Source: Trypanosoma brucei
Taxonomy: Eukaryota
Direction: 5' to 3'
DNA: 64,000 nucleotides
NCBI GenBank assembly: GCA_000002445.1
Contig: CM000208.1
Span: 3,904,001-3,968,000, forward strand
Part shown: in pieces, positions 22,401 to 34,446 of the stretch
Layout of the letters: every line of letters starts with the position of its first letter
Numbering within the stretch: the stretch's first letter is position 1
Notes under the pieces: model-generated
Database searches by the model: none
The model's input: only the letters and a program-made list of their open reading frames with translations
What the model was told of the DNA's origin: nothing
Translations under genes and position numbers: made by a program

Positions 22401-24672
22401 ATGTCAAAAGGGAGGCTTCCGAAAAGTGGATTGCACGGCATTTTTCACGGAGGGGGAAGGAGCCACCGCGACGAGAGCACTACGAATTGTGAACTGATGG
22501 ATCCGTGTCCCTCGGTGAGGAGTCCGGAGCAGCTGCCCTGCTCTATAGAAACAATGCACTGATTTGTGCACCCAAGACCGGAGCAGGGGAACTCTCATGC
22601 AGTTACAGAGCGGAATGCGTAGCATTAGAGATAGAACTGCAACGGCTGCTGAAATGGCTTCCGGCATACAGAAGAACACCGAGCAGGTTGTCCATATTCT
22701 CTGACTCGCTGTCAATGTTAACAGCACTGCAGACAGGCCCCCTAGCCGTAACGGACCAAATTCTGAGACGACTGTGGAGGCTTCTGCTTCAAGTTCAGAG
22801 AAGGAAGGTGCATATCCGATTACGATTTTTGTTTGGCCATTGTGGCGTGAAACGGAATGAGGTTTGTGATGAAATGGCCAAAAAGGCCGCAGATTTACAA
22901 CAGTTGCGAGACACATGGATCCCCGACATCATTGCTTATGCGAAGCGAGTGCTTAGGTTGGAAGAAGTCCATGAGAACACTCATAGGTTTGGTATCACGG
23001 GCAACCACTTTCCAACAAAACATAAAGAAGAACTGCCGAGGGAAGAAGAAACGGCACTGGCACGCTTTCGGGTTGGGTCTTCAAGACACTATGGATGGAT
23101 GTTGCGAAAGATCAACCCGAGTGTGCCCTCACAGTGCCGATGGTGTAACCAGAAACATGCAGCGATAGGACCAACAATACAATACAAACAACCCCACCTG
23201 TTGCGACATGCACTCTTCAGAAAACCTCCGAACCGACCAAATGTACGGAATGTGATGCCACATACCAATGCCGCTCGAGTGCTGTAACGCACATGGTAAA
23301 CAAACATGGGTTTGTGCGAGCTGATGCCCTCCGGAGGATCAAATACGGCGATGCAACACCTGCAGTGGACATCCCCCCGGAACCCTCTCCAGTGGTGGCG
23401 ATCGTTCCTCTACCATCGAGCACACGAGTCCCGATGAGACTGCAGGTGCTTCATTGTACCATCTGTGCCTCCAAATTCGCAGTGCCAGGCCGACTATTAC
23501 ACCACCTTAGAACAATACATGGCATAGGCAGTGGTATTTGCCGCGTGAAAAGGGGGCGAGAGAACGAAAACTCATTGCAAGGAGATGGTAGAGCCCCAGC
23601 AGCGCCAGCCTCTCAGGATACACGGAAGCTGCCGTTTCAATGTGACCTGTGTGAGGCGAGCTTCGGTACACGCTCTTCCCTGTCACTACACAAGAAATTC
23701 AAACATAAGAGCATAGCGATGGAGGACGGTACCGTGGTGGTGGTGCAATTCCCTCGTAAGCGTGCCCGTGAGGGAAACGTTGACGTCCCGGGGAAGGGCG
23801 AGGTGCAGTGTGGTGTGTGCCAAAAAGTGCTCAGTTGCAGGGACTCCTTCATCAGACATTGTAAGGCTTTCCACAAAGGTGAGGGAGTCGAGCTTAAATG
23901 CAGCAAAAGCACAAAATTGTGTGCCACTGATTCCCCGCATACAAACGCATCCATGTTGGTGTGTCAGACATGCGGAAGGCAGTGTGCTAGCAAAACTGGC
24001 CTCACCCTACATCAAAAGAAGATGAACGGTATGAAGGTAGAGCGCGCTGTTACCAGCCAACGCGGCGACTGCGAAGAAACGTCGCTGCACTTAATGAGCT
24101 GTCCCGGTTTGAAGGAGTTACGTGTCAGGTTTGCGGTAGAAGGTGTGTGTGTGTGTGCAGGATGTATGCTTCTCTAAAAGGCTGGCGCAATTTCTCATTG
24201 CGGTTGAACGGAGCCGGCCGCAGGTGAAGTCCTCACCTAATGTAACAGTCATACAACTCACTCTCCCTTCTGCAACTTCCCCCCTTATTTCCGAGAGTGG
24301 AGCTAGCAGGAAAAGCACCGGACGCAGGAATAGTCCAGACACCCTCAGAGACAGAGAGGGGTATGCAGTCAACAAGCAACAGAAACAGAAAGAGGGAGAG
24401 AGAATAATAAACGAATAACAAAAATCAAAACAAAAGGATTGCTAATTGACATCTTTTGGAGAGTCCGGGGTGGGTGGCTTCTCGCCCGATCTGCTGTATT
24501 CCATTCAAATGCGGAGTTACAACAAAAATTATAGAGGGTGTGTTAGGCTTAATAAAAAAGGGAGACTCTGCCACAGTCGACAGATCGATAGCATCTCAGG
24601 GCTCTACAGTGATGGCTGATGGCCGCGCCAGTGGGGGGAAACTCCCACGAAGGCACGAAGAAAAATTAAATA
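19415..24672 (+). mobile_element. ingi retrotransposon, copy 2 (head-to-tail with copy 1)
   Basis: Same 5' hallmark 'CCCTGGCGATGCCAGCCACCTCAACG'. Near-identical to copy 1 along the entire length. 3' end is '...GGCACGAAGAAAAATTAAATAAATAT'. Confidence 0.9.
19423..24177 (+). pseudogene. ingi polyprotein, copy 2, with several frameshifts
   Basis: ORF pieces 19423–22005, 22160–22492, 22505–23287 and 23293–24177. A 1-nt insertion (catgttatggc vs catgtatggc) truncates the RT piece at 22005. The same in-frame TGA as copy 1 occurs at 22490–22492. 2A-like DVEENPGP at 19654–19677. Confidence 0.85.
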
Positions 24673-25699
24673 AATATGCGCTACGTTCATGATTATTTTG
24701 AGCATTGAATAATAATCGCTGCTTTTGGTCCTTTTCTATCATTCCCTTTTATTTGTTACTTAAATACTTGTATCTTTTTAAAATGTACGACCTATTTTCT
24801 ATCTATGTTGCTACTTTTTGATTTCCCTTACAAATAACTGAAACAGTAAGATGCATGGTTGGTTGTAGGCTTATAGGGAGACGCTGCGTCTCACAGTTTT
24901 TGTTGGACTTGGACAGGATAGAGGATACGTTTTTGGGGTGTGTATTTTCAAATTAACTAAATTCGCCATTCAAGGTACTTTTTCCCACCATTAATTTCTT
25001 TCATTCTCGAAAACATGAAAAACCTAGTTTTTCTAACTACATTATCAATGCACCAGTGTGTAAAAGGCACTACACCTCACCGTTTCTTCACAGGATTTTG
25101 ATGAACTGAAAGTTTTGTTTCTGCTTTCACTTTGATGTTTTCCACATTTTTATGGTTTCTCCTAACCTTTCCATAATTGGTTGTTACCCTCTTTTTTGGC
25201 GCAAGGTTTGATTCAATCTTCGGCTGGGTTCTTTGGGAATATTTTTTGTTACGCTTCGTTAACTCTTGTAACAAACACAGTTTTAGTTGACTTGTAGGCC
25301 TTTGTCAGCTAAATTCTCTTCAATATATTGCTCCGGATATATTATTATACTTTAAGCAGAATAACACATGCTTCAAAGATTATTTGAAGATATTGTCAGT
25401 TATCATTTTACATGCTTTTCGCTTGCACTTCCTCTTTGTATTAGTTTTTGCACTCCACTTTGTCTATTTACTGCGCTCTCTATCTCCATCTCATTATTCC
25501 TCAAGTTATCTCCTTGTTTATGATGATGCACACAGTAATATCTGTATTTTACATAGAGCATATTCCATTTTCTTATATATTTTTCTGTTGGTGTCTCACT
25601 TAAAAATAATATTTCTTTTTGTCTCTAATTTACCTATTATCGTTCTACAGCTTCCGGTTTTGGATTATATTTTTTTACCTATCCATGTTTTTCTTTACT

Positions 25700-25790
25700 A
25701 CCATTCTCTTATTACAACAATAGTATATACGCACTCACAACACACTGCTACAATCATGTCTTTTACTAATACATACCCCTAAAATATACA
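25700..25790 (-). repeat. 70-bp repeat (VSG upstream recombination repeat), minus orientation; orphaned, with no VSG to its left because ingi copy 2 lies there
   Basis: '...acaatagtatatacgcactcacaacacactgctacaatcatg' is the reverse complement of the 70-bp core GTTGTGAGTG(TG)nTATATAC...ATTAT. Confidence 0.6.
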
Positions 25791-26058
25791 ATAAACATAA
25801 TAAACCACAATAGAAAAGCACACATTTTTTATGCCATATCATCCTACTACTTTACAACGGTAAACACTATCATATACAGGCCACTACAATATCATATTTT
25901 TTATATTTTATAAAATTTTTAACAGCTTGCGCATTTCCACCAAAAGGTCTAAAAATATGTCAATTTAAGTAAATTTTATAAAATTCTCTTAAAATAGCAA
26001 ATTATATAAGTTTCACAAATTTTCAATATTGAGCAACAATTTTTAGAATTTTAGAATT

Positions 26059-27592
26059 TTAAAATGCTATCAAACTGATAAAAGCAGCGGCCATGAGAAC
26101 CAAATTCTTGTTGACAATAATACTGGAATCCTGACATTTGCCTTCGATCCAACCGCAAACTTCTTTCTTTTCTTCGGGTATTTTGCCCTCAACCTTTTTG
26201 CATTCGTCTTCTGTTTTCGCCTCGCCACATTTTCATTCATTTTTTTCTTATTGTTTTTCTGTTTCTTCTACTGCTTGTTTGCCCTTTTCACTTAACACGC
26301 ATTTCTGTTTGTCTTAATTATAAGTGCAGTTTTCATTTTTGCCGCAATCTTTTTCTTTTTTTATTTCGTTGCAAATTTGTTCGGTTGTCTTCGTCACCAC
26401 TTTTGTGGTGCCTTGTGCTTTCTTCAGCTCTTTTTCTGTGTCTTCTAACTGCTTTTCCGTTTTTGTTTCGTAGTAGCTTAACACACTGATTAGAATATGT
26501 AGATCGTTTAATGACTCTAGTTTTGGTTTGTTCGTTTCGCCGTGCGACGGCTCACCAACTTCTGTGCTCTGCAACTTTGTCCAAAAATCCTGAATAACTG
26601 CTCCGGTTGGCGCAAAGGTATTCTTTAGAGAGTCTGTTGCTTCTTTCAGTTCTTTGGAACCTTCCGTTTTAACTTTTGTAGCCCCTAGATATGTTGCAAG
26701 TCTCTCAGCGCTTTTTGGGTTGGTGGCTGCTGTTTTAATTATGGTTGTCGCGTCGGTTGTGAATTCTGTTAGCTTTTTGTTGTTAATTATGTGTGCGTCG
26801 TATTGCGCCGCTTCCGGCAGCTTTTGGGTTGGCCGCGGTCCGTTTGCATTCAGTACCGAAGATTTTTGCGCGCTGACCGTGTCTGTGTTTGTTCCTTGTA
26901 TAAGGTCCGCTGCTAGTTTCGCCGTTGCTGAGGTTACAAATGGACCCGTTTGCCCGCCAGCCCAGACATGCAACGGTCATTTGTTTTCGTTGCTGCCCCC
27001 TGTTGCGGTGAATAAGGTACCTGCTGGATGTGCCTTGAGCCCTTCAGTGTCAAGTATGCTGGCGTCCACTTGGTCTCCGTCCGGTGAGAAACTTAAAGTT
27101 GGCGCTGTACATGTTTCAAGGCCTGTTGTAGCTGCCGTTGCAGAGTTCTCGTCACCGTTGCTTAGGCAGTAAATGCTTCCGCCGTCGTGTGCGTGACCTT
27201 TCAGTAGTGCTGGTGCCTCCGCTATCGCTCCTTTTAACTGCATCGTTGTCGCCGTCACCTCGATGGCATTGTGGGTGAATGATTGCCGTTGCCTTTGTAA
27301 CGAAAAGCGCGTTTCTGTTATTGTTTCTGCTAACGCTCTCAGTACTGCTTTAGCTTTGCGTGATGTCTGTTGCTTGCTGTATACTAGTAACTTAAGCGCT
27401 ATTTCCTCGTGCTTTTGTTCCGCTGTGGACATTGCACTTAGTTTGTGCTCTGCTATTTTGGGTATTTTGGCTAGTTCGGCACCGGTGCTACAGATGGGTT
27501 GCCATACCGATTTTTTATCGGATTTTTTGTCGCCCTTGGCTGCTTTGGGAGATGCACCAATGTAAATACTATCAAAGCCACCGCAAATGCAT
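26059..27592 (-). pseudogene. VSG pseudogene A (frameshifted)
   Basis: ORF pieces 26314–26973 and 26977–27432 show VSG N-domain-like sequence. N-terminal signal peptide MKQKHAFAVALIVFTLVHL at 27592. C-terminus is '...GKCQDSSIIVNKNLVLMAAAFISLIAF*' (GPI signal) in another frame. Confidence 0.75.
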
Positions 27593-28439
27593 GTTTTTGT
27601 TTCATTTTGATGGTTCTACTTGGTGAGAAGTGCACTTCGGCTGGCAGGGGAAGATCTGCTTCACGGTTGAGGGGTTAAGTTTATCATGGTTCTCCATGGT
27701 TTATAGGTTGGGAGACCAGCTGCACCGTTCGCTTGAGCCATAGATGTCTCTTATAGGTGAAAAACGCTGCTATAAGAGCATTTGTTATATAAGTTTACTC
27801 CGCGGTAGCTGTAATTTCTTTCTGTCTCACACATAACACTCTACAATGCTGTTTTATAGCCACATAAACAAATACAAGCTATTTTTATTCCTTATTTATC
27901 AAACCTTCTATATGGTCCACATATTCTTCTTTTAAAATAAAACCACACACCCCCTACTATGTAAAAACCAAGGATAATAGTACTTAACATTAGGAGCCGC
28001 CCTTAGATTAAAAACTAACAGTGGCAAACATTTCCGCAGCACTATCTGCCCCATTTTTGGGTCAAAAGAGCACACCATCCTCCTCCTAATGTATCGTTCT
28101 CTCCTATGTTGTGCTATTGCGCATCCAGTTGTTTCCTTCTGAATTTTCTTTCCTTCTTTTCATCTTCACTCGCTGCTTCCAGGGATCGCACAGCGGCTTC
28201 ACCTCTTTTGCATACTGCACTTTGTCTCCCCCTCATTGTCCTACCCATCATCTTGTGTTCGATGGTGGTCATAGTCATATTTTTTTTGAAACTGTGCATA
28301 TTTCATCTCTCTCATTCTTTCTGTTTTTTACGTTTCCTATAATAAGTGTAATATTTGTGCTCTCTCACTCTCAGTCATTCACTTACTATCACACCAACCT
28401 TGCCATTGTTTCAAGCGCTCCCAAGTCATTCGCACATTT

Positions 28440-28540
28440 ATTATTATAATTATAGTATTCGTATATACGTACTCACAAGAGTATCCTATGATAACCATTA
28501 TTATCATCATAACCCTAACTATTATTATCCATAAAAAAAA
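28440..28540 (-). repeat. 70-bp repeat upstream of VSG A
   Basis: 'tcgtatatacgtactcacaagagtatcctatgataaccattattatcatcat' is the reverse complement of the 70-bp core with TRR runs. Confidence 0.7.
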
Positions 28541-28784
28541 GAAAGTTAAAATAACACTTACTTTTCATACCCCATCGCACTATTACTTTACTTTATCACT
28601 ATACCACTTGACACACATAATACACTTTCACACTGCAATTTTTTCAGATTCAAAAAATTTACTAACTTTCAATTTCCATCAGAAAGCGTTAAAATATATT
28701 AAATTTTATAATATTTAAAAAATATCTTAAAATAGCAAGTTTCATAAATTTCATAAATTTGAACAAAAAACCTTTTAGAAAAAT

Positions 28785-30200
28785 TCATTTTAAGAACCCA
28801 AATTCTAGCAAAAGAAGAGCATTAATTGCAAAAGATTTGATCCATGTGGCGTTTCCTGTGGACCACGTTGTAGTGGCAACCTTAACCTTGAACTCCCCAT
28901 CCGTAAATTTAAATCCATCTCTTTCGTTGCATCTATCTTTGTTGTTTTCCTCTTTGAATTTACTTTCCTTTGCTTCAGTCACTACTGTGGGGTTATTTGC
29001 ATTCGCTTTTGTCTTTGTTAGAATCCACCGTGCTGCGTTTTCTTGTTCGCATATACTAAAAGCACGTCCGTAGTTGCTGGAACCACTTGCTAAAGCGCCC
29101 AGTGTCTCGCCGTTTTGGTTTGTGTTCGTGTCGTAAATCAGTTTTTCATTTTTTAGGGCCTCAAAAAAATACCTGTTCTATTGTTTTGGAGCCTGTCCCG
29201 AGCAATTCCTTTACTGCTGCCTCCTGTTTGTCTTTGTTACTTTTATTTGTTTTGCCTTGTGTTATTTTTACTGCAAGTTCGCCTATTTCTGTGTCACCCT
29301 TTAGATCATCGAGGGTGCATTGCCAGACGCTGGTTTCAGTTGCGATGGTCGTTTCCTGCACTACACAAAGAGCATATGCTATGGCTTTTGTGGTTATTAT
29401 GTGCTGCTTTTCCGGGTTCTCTTGTGGGATGCATGTCGCTCCCCCATGTGCTCCTTTTATGTGCACCTGTTCTGTTAGGTCTGCTTTGGTGTTATGTTTT
29501 ATTGTGTCAAGCGCCATGCCGGCTGATATGCTCCCTATATTTGGTTTCGCATTTTTTGCCGCATCCATTTTCCGCTGTTGTTTTTGATTGCATGTTGCTT
29601 CCTACGTCTTCCTTACCGAGTATTTGGACTTTGAGTTCTAGTAGCACAAAGGCTCTCTCTTACGTCAACTTCAGTGATTTTGTCAACAATAGTGCATTTG
29701 CATCTGCTAGGAGCTGCACATCTTTGGAGGCGTCTACTGGAGAGTAATCATCCTTTGGTAAAGCTTCTGTTAAGGTTAATTTGCACCTCCAGCTGTCGCC
29801 CTCTTTGGGTGATGCTGACGTAGAAGGTTCTGCGTTGCTCGCTTTAGCCTTGACAGCATTTAGTTCTGAGAGGGTTCCCACCTAGCCGACCCTCCTTGAA
29901 ATTATTGATGTGCTGTCATGGGCTGCCTCTTTGGTGTCTTTTAGTGTTGTAAGTTACAGGTTAAGTTTTATTTCTGTAATTTTCTCTAGAACCTTATAAA
30001 ATGCTTTCGCTTCGGGTCTGTTAGCTTGCAGCATGCAGCTTGCAAGTTGATGGGACCTTACTTGGCGTGTTAGTGTTTCAGCCGCAGCAGCTGCTTCTTC
30101 TAATTTGCTTTTGAAATTTGCTAAAACATGTTTGAGATACTTATGCTCATCTCACGAAAATTTTATTGTGTTTTTGCCTCATTTTGCAAGAATGCTAGCC
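28785..30200 (-). pseudogene. VSG pseudogene B (degenerate; 5' boundary uncertain)
   Basis: ORF pieces 29161–29568 and 29660–29881 are VSG N-domain-like. ORF 28785–28982 has a hydrophobic C-terminal tail '...KSFAINALLLLEFGFLK'. Confidence 0.45.
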
Positions 30201-32559
30201 GTCAAGTAAAAAAAATGTATTTTATTTGATTGGAAAGAATTTTTTGTTGTTTAATTACTTTTAAAAGGTTCTGTACTATGTGGGCACCTAATCTTGGTGT
30301 TTGCAGAGGAAGGAGAGTTTTGGTGCTATGTGTCGGTGGTGTACAACACACCATGTACTGCACACCGTAGATCACCTTGTGTTTACAAGTTTAGTAGCTG
30401 AATATCTTCAAGAACATACCTAAGGACCCTTATTCCAATCTCCCATTCCTCGTCTTGGTATTTATCTGCGCCTGTCTCTCTTCATACAATCCAATAATAC
30501 ATATTTACTTTATCAATCGCTTTTGTGTCATTTTTTAAGCACCGTTCGTTGCCGTAGAGAGCTGTCATTTTTCTCAGAGTTGCGAGCAGCTTTGTTTATT
30601 TTCTTTGTGTATCAACAGCTGTATTCCCTATCACCCGCTCTTCTTTGTAGGCCGAGCTTTTTAGAAATGAGTCCGGTGCCTACCACTTTTCTTGTTTGTA
30701 CCCTTTGCAGTCTTTGCTCCGATCCTCGCTACCATTTTATCTGTCTCATAAAACATGTGGATCCGGCACAAGTTGCGTTTTTCCTGAGTCCTCTTTTTTT
30801 CTTAGAGATGTTTGGGCGTTCCGCAGTGTCGTCTCGTTTCTCTCATTATCAGCTGTAGCATCTGTGCGACGCCTTGTGTGCTTTCTCCGCATGGCAAGTC
30901 TAGTGTCTGCTGCCGGTCTTTTATTTTCTATACGCTTAAAGGTGTGTTTGACGCTCCTTTGCGGTCCCAAAGGCGAGTCACGAGGAGGGACTAAAGCATA
31001 TATCAAGTTCTGGCTGTCTTCACTACCGCCAATTGTTTGCACATTGATCTAAAGTAGAGGTTTTCCTATTGGAGTTCTTTGTGCTGCCGTTCTTGCAAAC
31101 GATGGAGCCCCAAATTGCTCATTCGACTTAACGGTTTGCGCCATTTGTTTAGCTCATTGCTTATATTGGCGAAACTTCCCCTCCTTTCTCGTTTCATACA
31201 GATTTAGGTTGTGTTACTTGGTTTCAGCTGGTAAGACGCTGCGCCCGAAAGTAGAAAACTCCGGCGTATGTGTCGTACTGGCTCTTCCCACTTTCCGTAA
31301 CTTCTACTTGCTGTTTCCCATGCTGAGTCCTCTGCAGAGGGTAGGTGTGCCTGATGCAGCAGGCCAATGCGAAGTAGCTCTTGTCTACTTGTACTACAAA
31401 TTGCACTTAAGGTCTGCTTTCTGGTTGCTGTCTGTTGTCCTTGGCTTCAGCATCGGTTGACTGTGACACTTAAAATTTAGCGCGCGCAGTTTTGTCCTGT
31501 TGGACGCTCCTTTGTGCAGCTTTTCCCTTCACCTATGTTTGATTTGCATATTTAGCTGTCTGTCACGCGTGGCTGTTTAGAATGCACTCCATCTAGTTGT
31601 TTAGTACAGGACATGTCCACTGAATGTGGAAGAAAAGGTAGATAACTTCAACCTCTGCTTCTTTAATTTTTACTACTTCAATCATTCCATAATTTTTCTT
31701 AACCCCACTACCTTTTCGGTATATCGCAGTTGTTTCTAGCTTAGATGGCCACACTTCAGGTTTCTTTACTACTGGTTAATCTTCCGGAAACATTAATAAG
31801 AAGCACGTCGTTTAACCAAAGGATATTCATCTTTTAAAATCCAATCTATATTATTCTATATCTGTGTCTAAAACGATTAAGATTTATAGTCCTTACTACT
31901 CCATGTTAGATGTTGATTTACAGGCTTTGTTTTTACTCGAAATAAAGAGGAAATGTTGGTTTTTCTGCCATAAATGGTTGCTATTTTGTTTGTGATTTAG
32001 ATCATCTGCCGTAGATTTTGGCAGAAGACATATATGGGTAAGAACAATGTGTGACTGAAAGTGCCTTTTTTCGCCTTAGTTTTATCAATTCGCTCCGTCA
32101 GTTTTGCGTTATCGACAGCCCTGATGGTAATCACTGGTTTTTAGACATCATATTGCTTTTCCAGTGTAACAACGCGTAAATCGTATGGTATCACTATACT
32201 TTTTCTCTTCATAGGAATTCTCTGATAGTTCATGTGTTCTTTTCTCATCCCTTTTTCTTCTATATTACATTGCGTTTTGATAAGTAGTATCTCCTTACGC
32301 TATTGCGGTGAACAGCGCATTTGTGACATTTCCTCCGTCTTCTATGCTGCGCCTCTTACTGATTGAGGACTCGAAATTCTTTCGTATGATGCTCTCCTGT
32401 TCATTTCTGCTCTTGAAACTGCTGATAATCCATTTCACTTTCCCCATTTTCTTTTATTAAAATTTCATAATCGCTCACATGAATTGTTTTTTAACCGACT
32501 TATTTCACTGAACATTTTCATTGTTTCCATCGCATCCATTTTACCTGCACTAACGGTCT

Positions 32560-32650
32560 CCAAAACTGTTATTATTATAATATTATTATATACACGCTAA
32601 CAACACACTTCTATCATTATTATTATTATAAAGTCCCTAATATTTGTTTT
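32560..32650 (-). repeat. 70-bp repeat, minus orientation
   Basis: 'tatatacacgctaacaacacacttctatcattattattat' is the reverse complement of the 70-bp core. Confidence 0.65.
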
Positions 32651-32817
32651 TATTATAAATTTACTTAATATCTATAATTAAAAAAACAAAACAAATTAGA
32701 ATATCACACATTTTTATATCCTATCATTCTTCTGCTTAACAACGACATGCCACTTTAATTCCAAATTTTAGATTTTATAATCCTTAAATTTCATTAATTT
32801 ATTATTATTTAAAACAG

Positions 32818-32835
32818 TGGTAAAATATATCAAAT
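32818..32835 (-). promoter_or_regulatory. VSG 3'UTR 16-mer-like element (1 mismatch) downstream of VSG C
   Basis: + strand 'gtggtaaaatatatcaaa' is approximately the reverse complement of TGATATATTTTAACAC. Confidence 0.4.
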
Positions 32836-32920
32836 CTTAGAAAATTTATTAATTATAGGAAATTCAATCCAAATAATAATATTTAATAACTTTCATCAAA
32901 TTGCACAAGAATCCTTAGAA

Positions 32921-34446
32921 TCATTTAAATGCTACAAAACTCACAAATGCAATCATCAGGGAAATTTTCTTATTGACAAGAAAACTGGAATCTTTGCAAG
33001 TTTCGCCCTCCCATTTACAATCCGGTGATTTGCAGTCTTTGTCTCCTTTACCTGCACATTTATCCTCTTTTTTGTTCTCTCCTCTGGCTTTTGTCTGGGT
33101 TTCTTGTTTTTCTACTGCTGTCGTATTCAATTTGCAGTGGGGACCATCTTTGTCATCGCTGCCTTTCCATTCGCAGGTCGGCTTTGCTTGCTTTCATGCC
33201 GCTGCTGTTTGTATTGTTTCGCAGTTTTTCTGCGCCTTTTTAGCCTCTGAATTTTTGTCTCCGCTCGCTGTGTTGCTTGGGGTCGGGACACTGGGGATCA
33301 GCTTCGATAGCTTGGCGTGTGCTTCATCTAGATTTGTAAGTTTTGTCAATTTTTCTGTGGTGACTGTAGCTTGCTGATTGTATTCGCTACGACTCCTCAG
33401 TTGCATCGCTACTGCACTTAGCTTCGCGATCCGTTTAACTTTTTCATCCGTTAGTTTGCTGTCTGTTGCTGCAGTTGCTATTTTTTCGCAGGCGCCGCTG
33501 CTGTTGCCGTTGCAACCAGTGCTGTCATATGGTCCAATATAGGCGTCCGTGCCTTGAACATATATGGCTGCTTTAGTTGAATCTAGTGCCGCGTAGATCC
33601 GCGCTGCTGTTATTGGCTCGTTTTCGATTACCGGACAATTTATTCAGACGTTTTTCCAGTTGACCGTTGAAACTATGCCGCCCGCCTGCCATTTAGGTTG
33701 CGTCGTCGTGTCGGCGGCGCAGGGGTGGACAGAACTTTTGGCGTTCGCTACTCTGCACACTCACGCGAAAGTTGCTGATACAGTTAATGTGGGATTTCTC
33801 GCAGCGCCACAGCCGCACACCGTGCTGTAGCCTGCTTTTGCTCGTATGTAGAGCTTGCCGCTTTCGCCGGAGTCGTCATAATCGGCGGTGCCGCCATAGA
33901 GTGCTGTTAAAAGCTCACCTTTTATCTTGGTGTCGTCGGCTGGGGTCTGCTTGTTGACTTTTTCAAAGTTTGAGTAGATCTCGAATGCTGCTTCCGCGTA
34001 TGCTGCAACTGCTGTCCGGAGCTGTGCTTTTGTCGCTTCGGTAACGTATTGAAGTGCGAGGCGCTCTTTGAGTGTCCTTTCTTCGTTGTTTTCCTGCAGT
34101 GCCTTTTCTGCTTCGGTCCAGACTTGCCATTTGTCTTTCCACTCAACCGGAAAGTTTTCGGTTGGTTTGGCTTTTGGTTTTTTGGCGCCTCCTTCGCCTT
34201 CTGGTGTGAAAAGTCTCCGCCATGCTGGGTCCGCTAGCGACATGTTTAACTTGTATAGTTCTAGTGGCGGCTTCGGTGAGTCAGTCAGTTTGGGTTCGAA
34301 TATTAAGGTGCATCGCCTAGCCAGAGGGCCTGGCAAAGTAGCGAGCCGTACACGACGTTGTCGCCCTCACTTACGGCGGCTGCTTGTTTTGACAGCTTTT
34401 CAGCTGCTACGAAAAACGCTATAGCCAAGATCGCTACTTTTTGCAT
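32921..34446 (-). pseudogene. VSG pseudogene C (frameshift near the N-terminus)
   Basis: ATG at 34446 gives signal peptide MQKVAILAIAFFVAAEKL. ORF piece 33761–34336 is N-domain. C-terminus 'CKWEGETCKDSSFLVNKKISLMIAFVSFVAFK*' (32921–33130) is the canonical T. brucei VSG C-terminus plus GPI signal. Confidence 0.8.

Noticed and set aside
25384-25782. 132-aa plus-strand ORF (Leu/Phe/Ile-rich)
   Set aside because: It lies over AT-rich VSG-flank DNA and runs into the 70-bp repeat (25700–25790). Composition-driven ORF with no recognisable domain.
30200-32500. Possible additional VSG between VSG B and the 70-bp repeat at 32560
   Set aside because: The small ORFs here (e.g. 30696–31052, 30746–31042) show no VSG signal peptide, Cys pattern or C-terminal motifs. 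Treated as VSG-upstream spacer.
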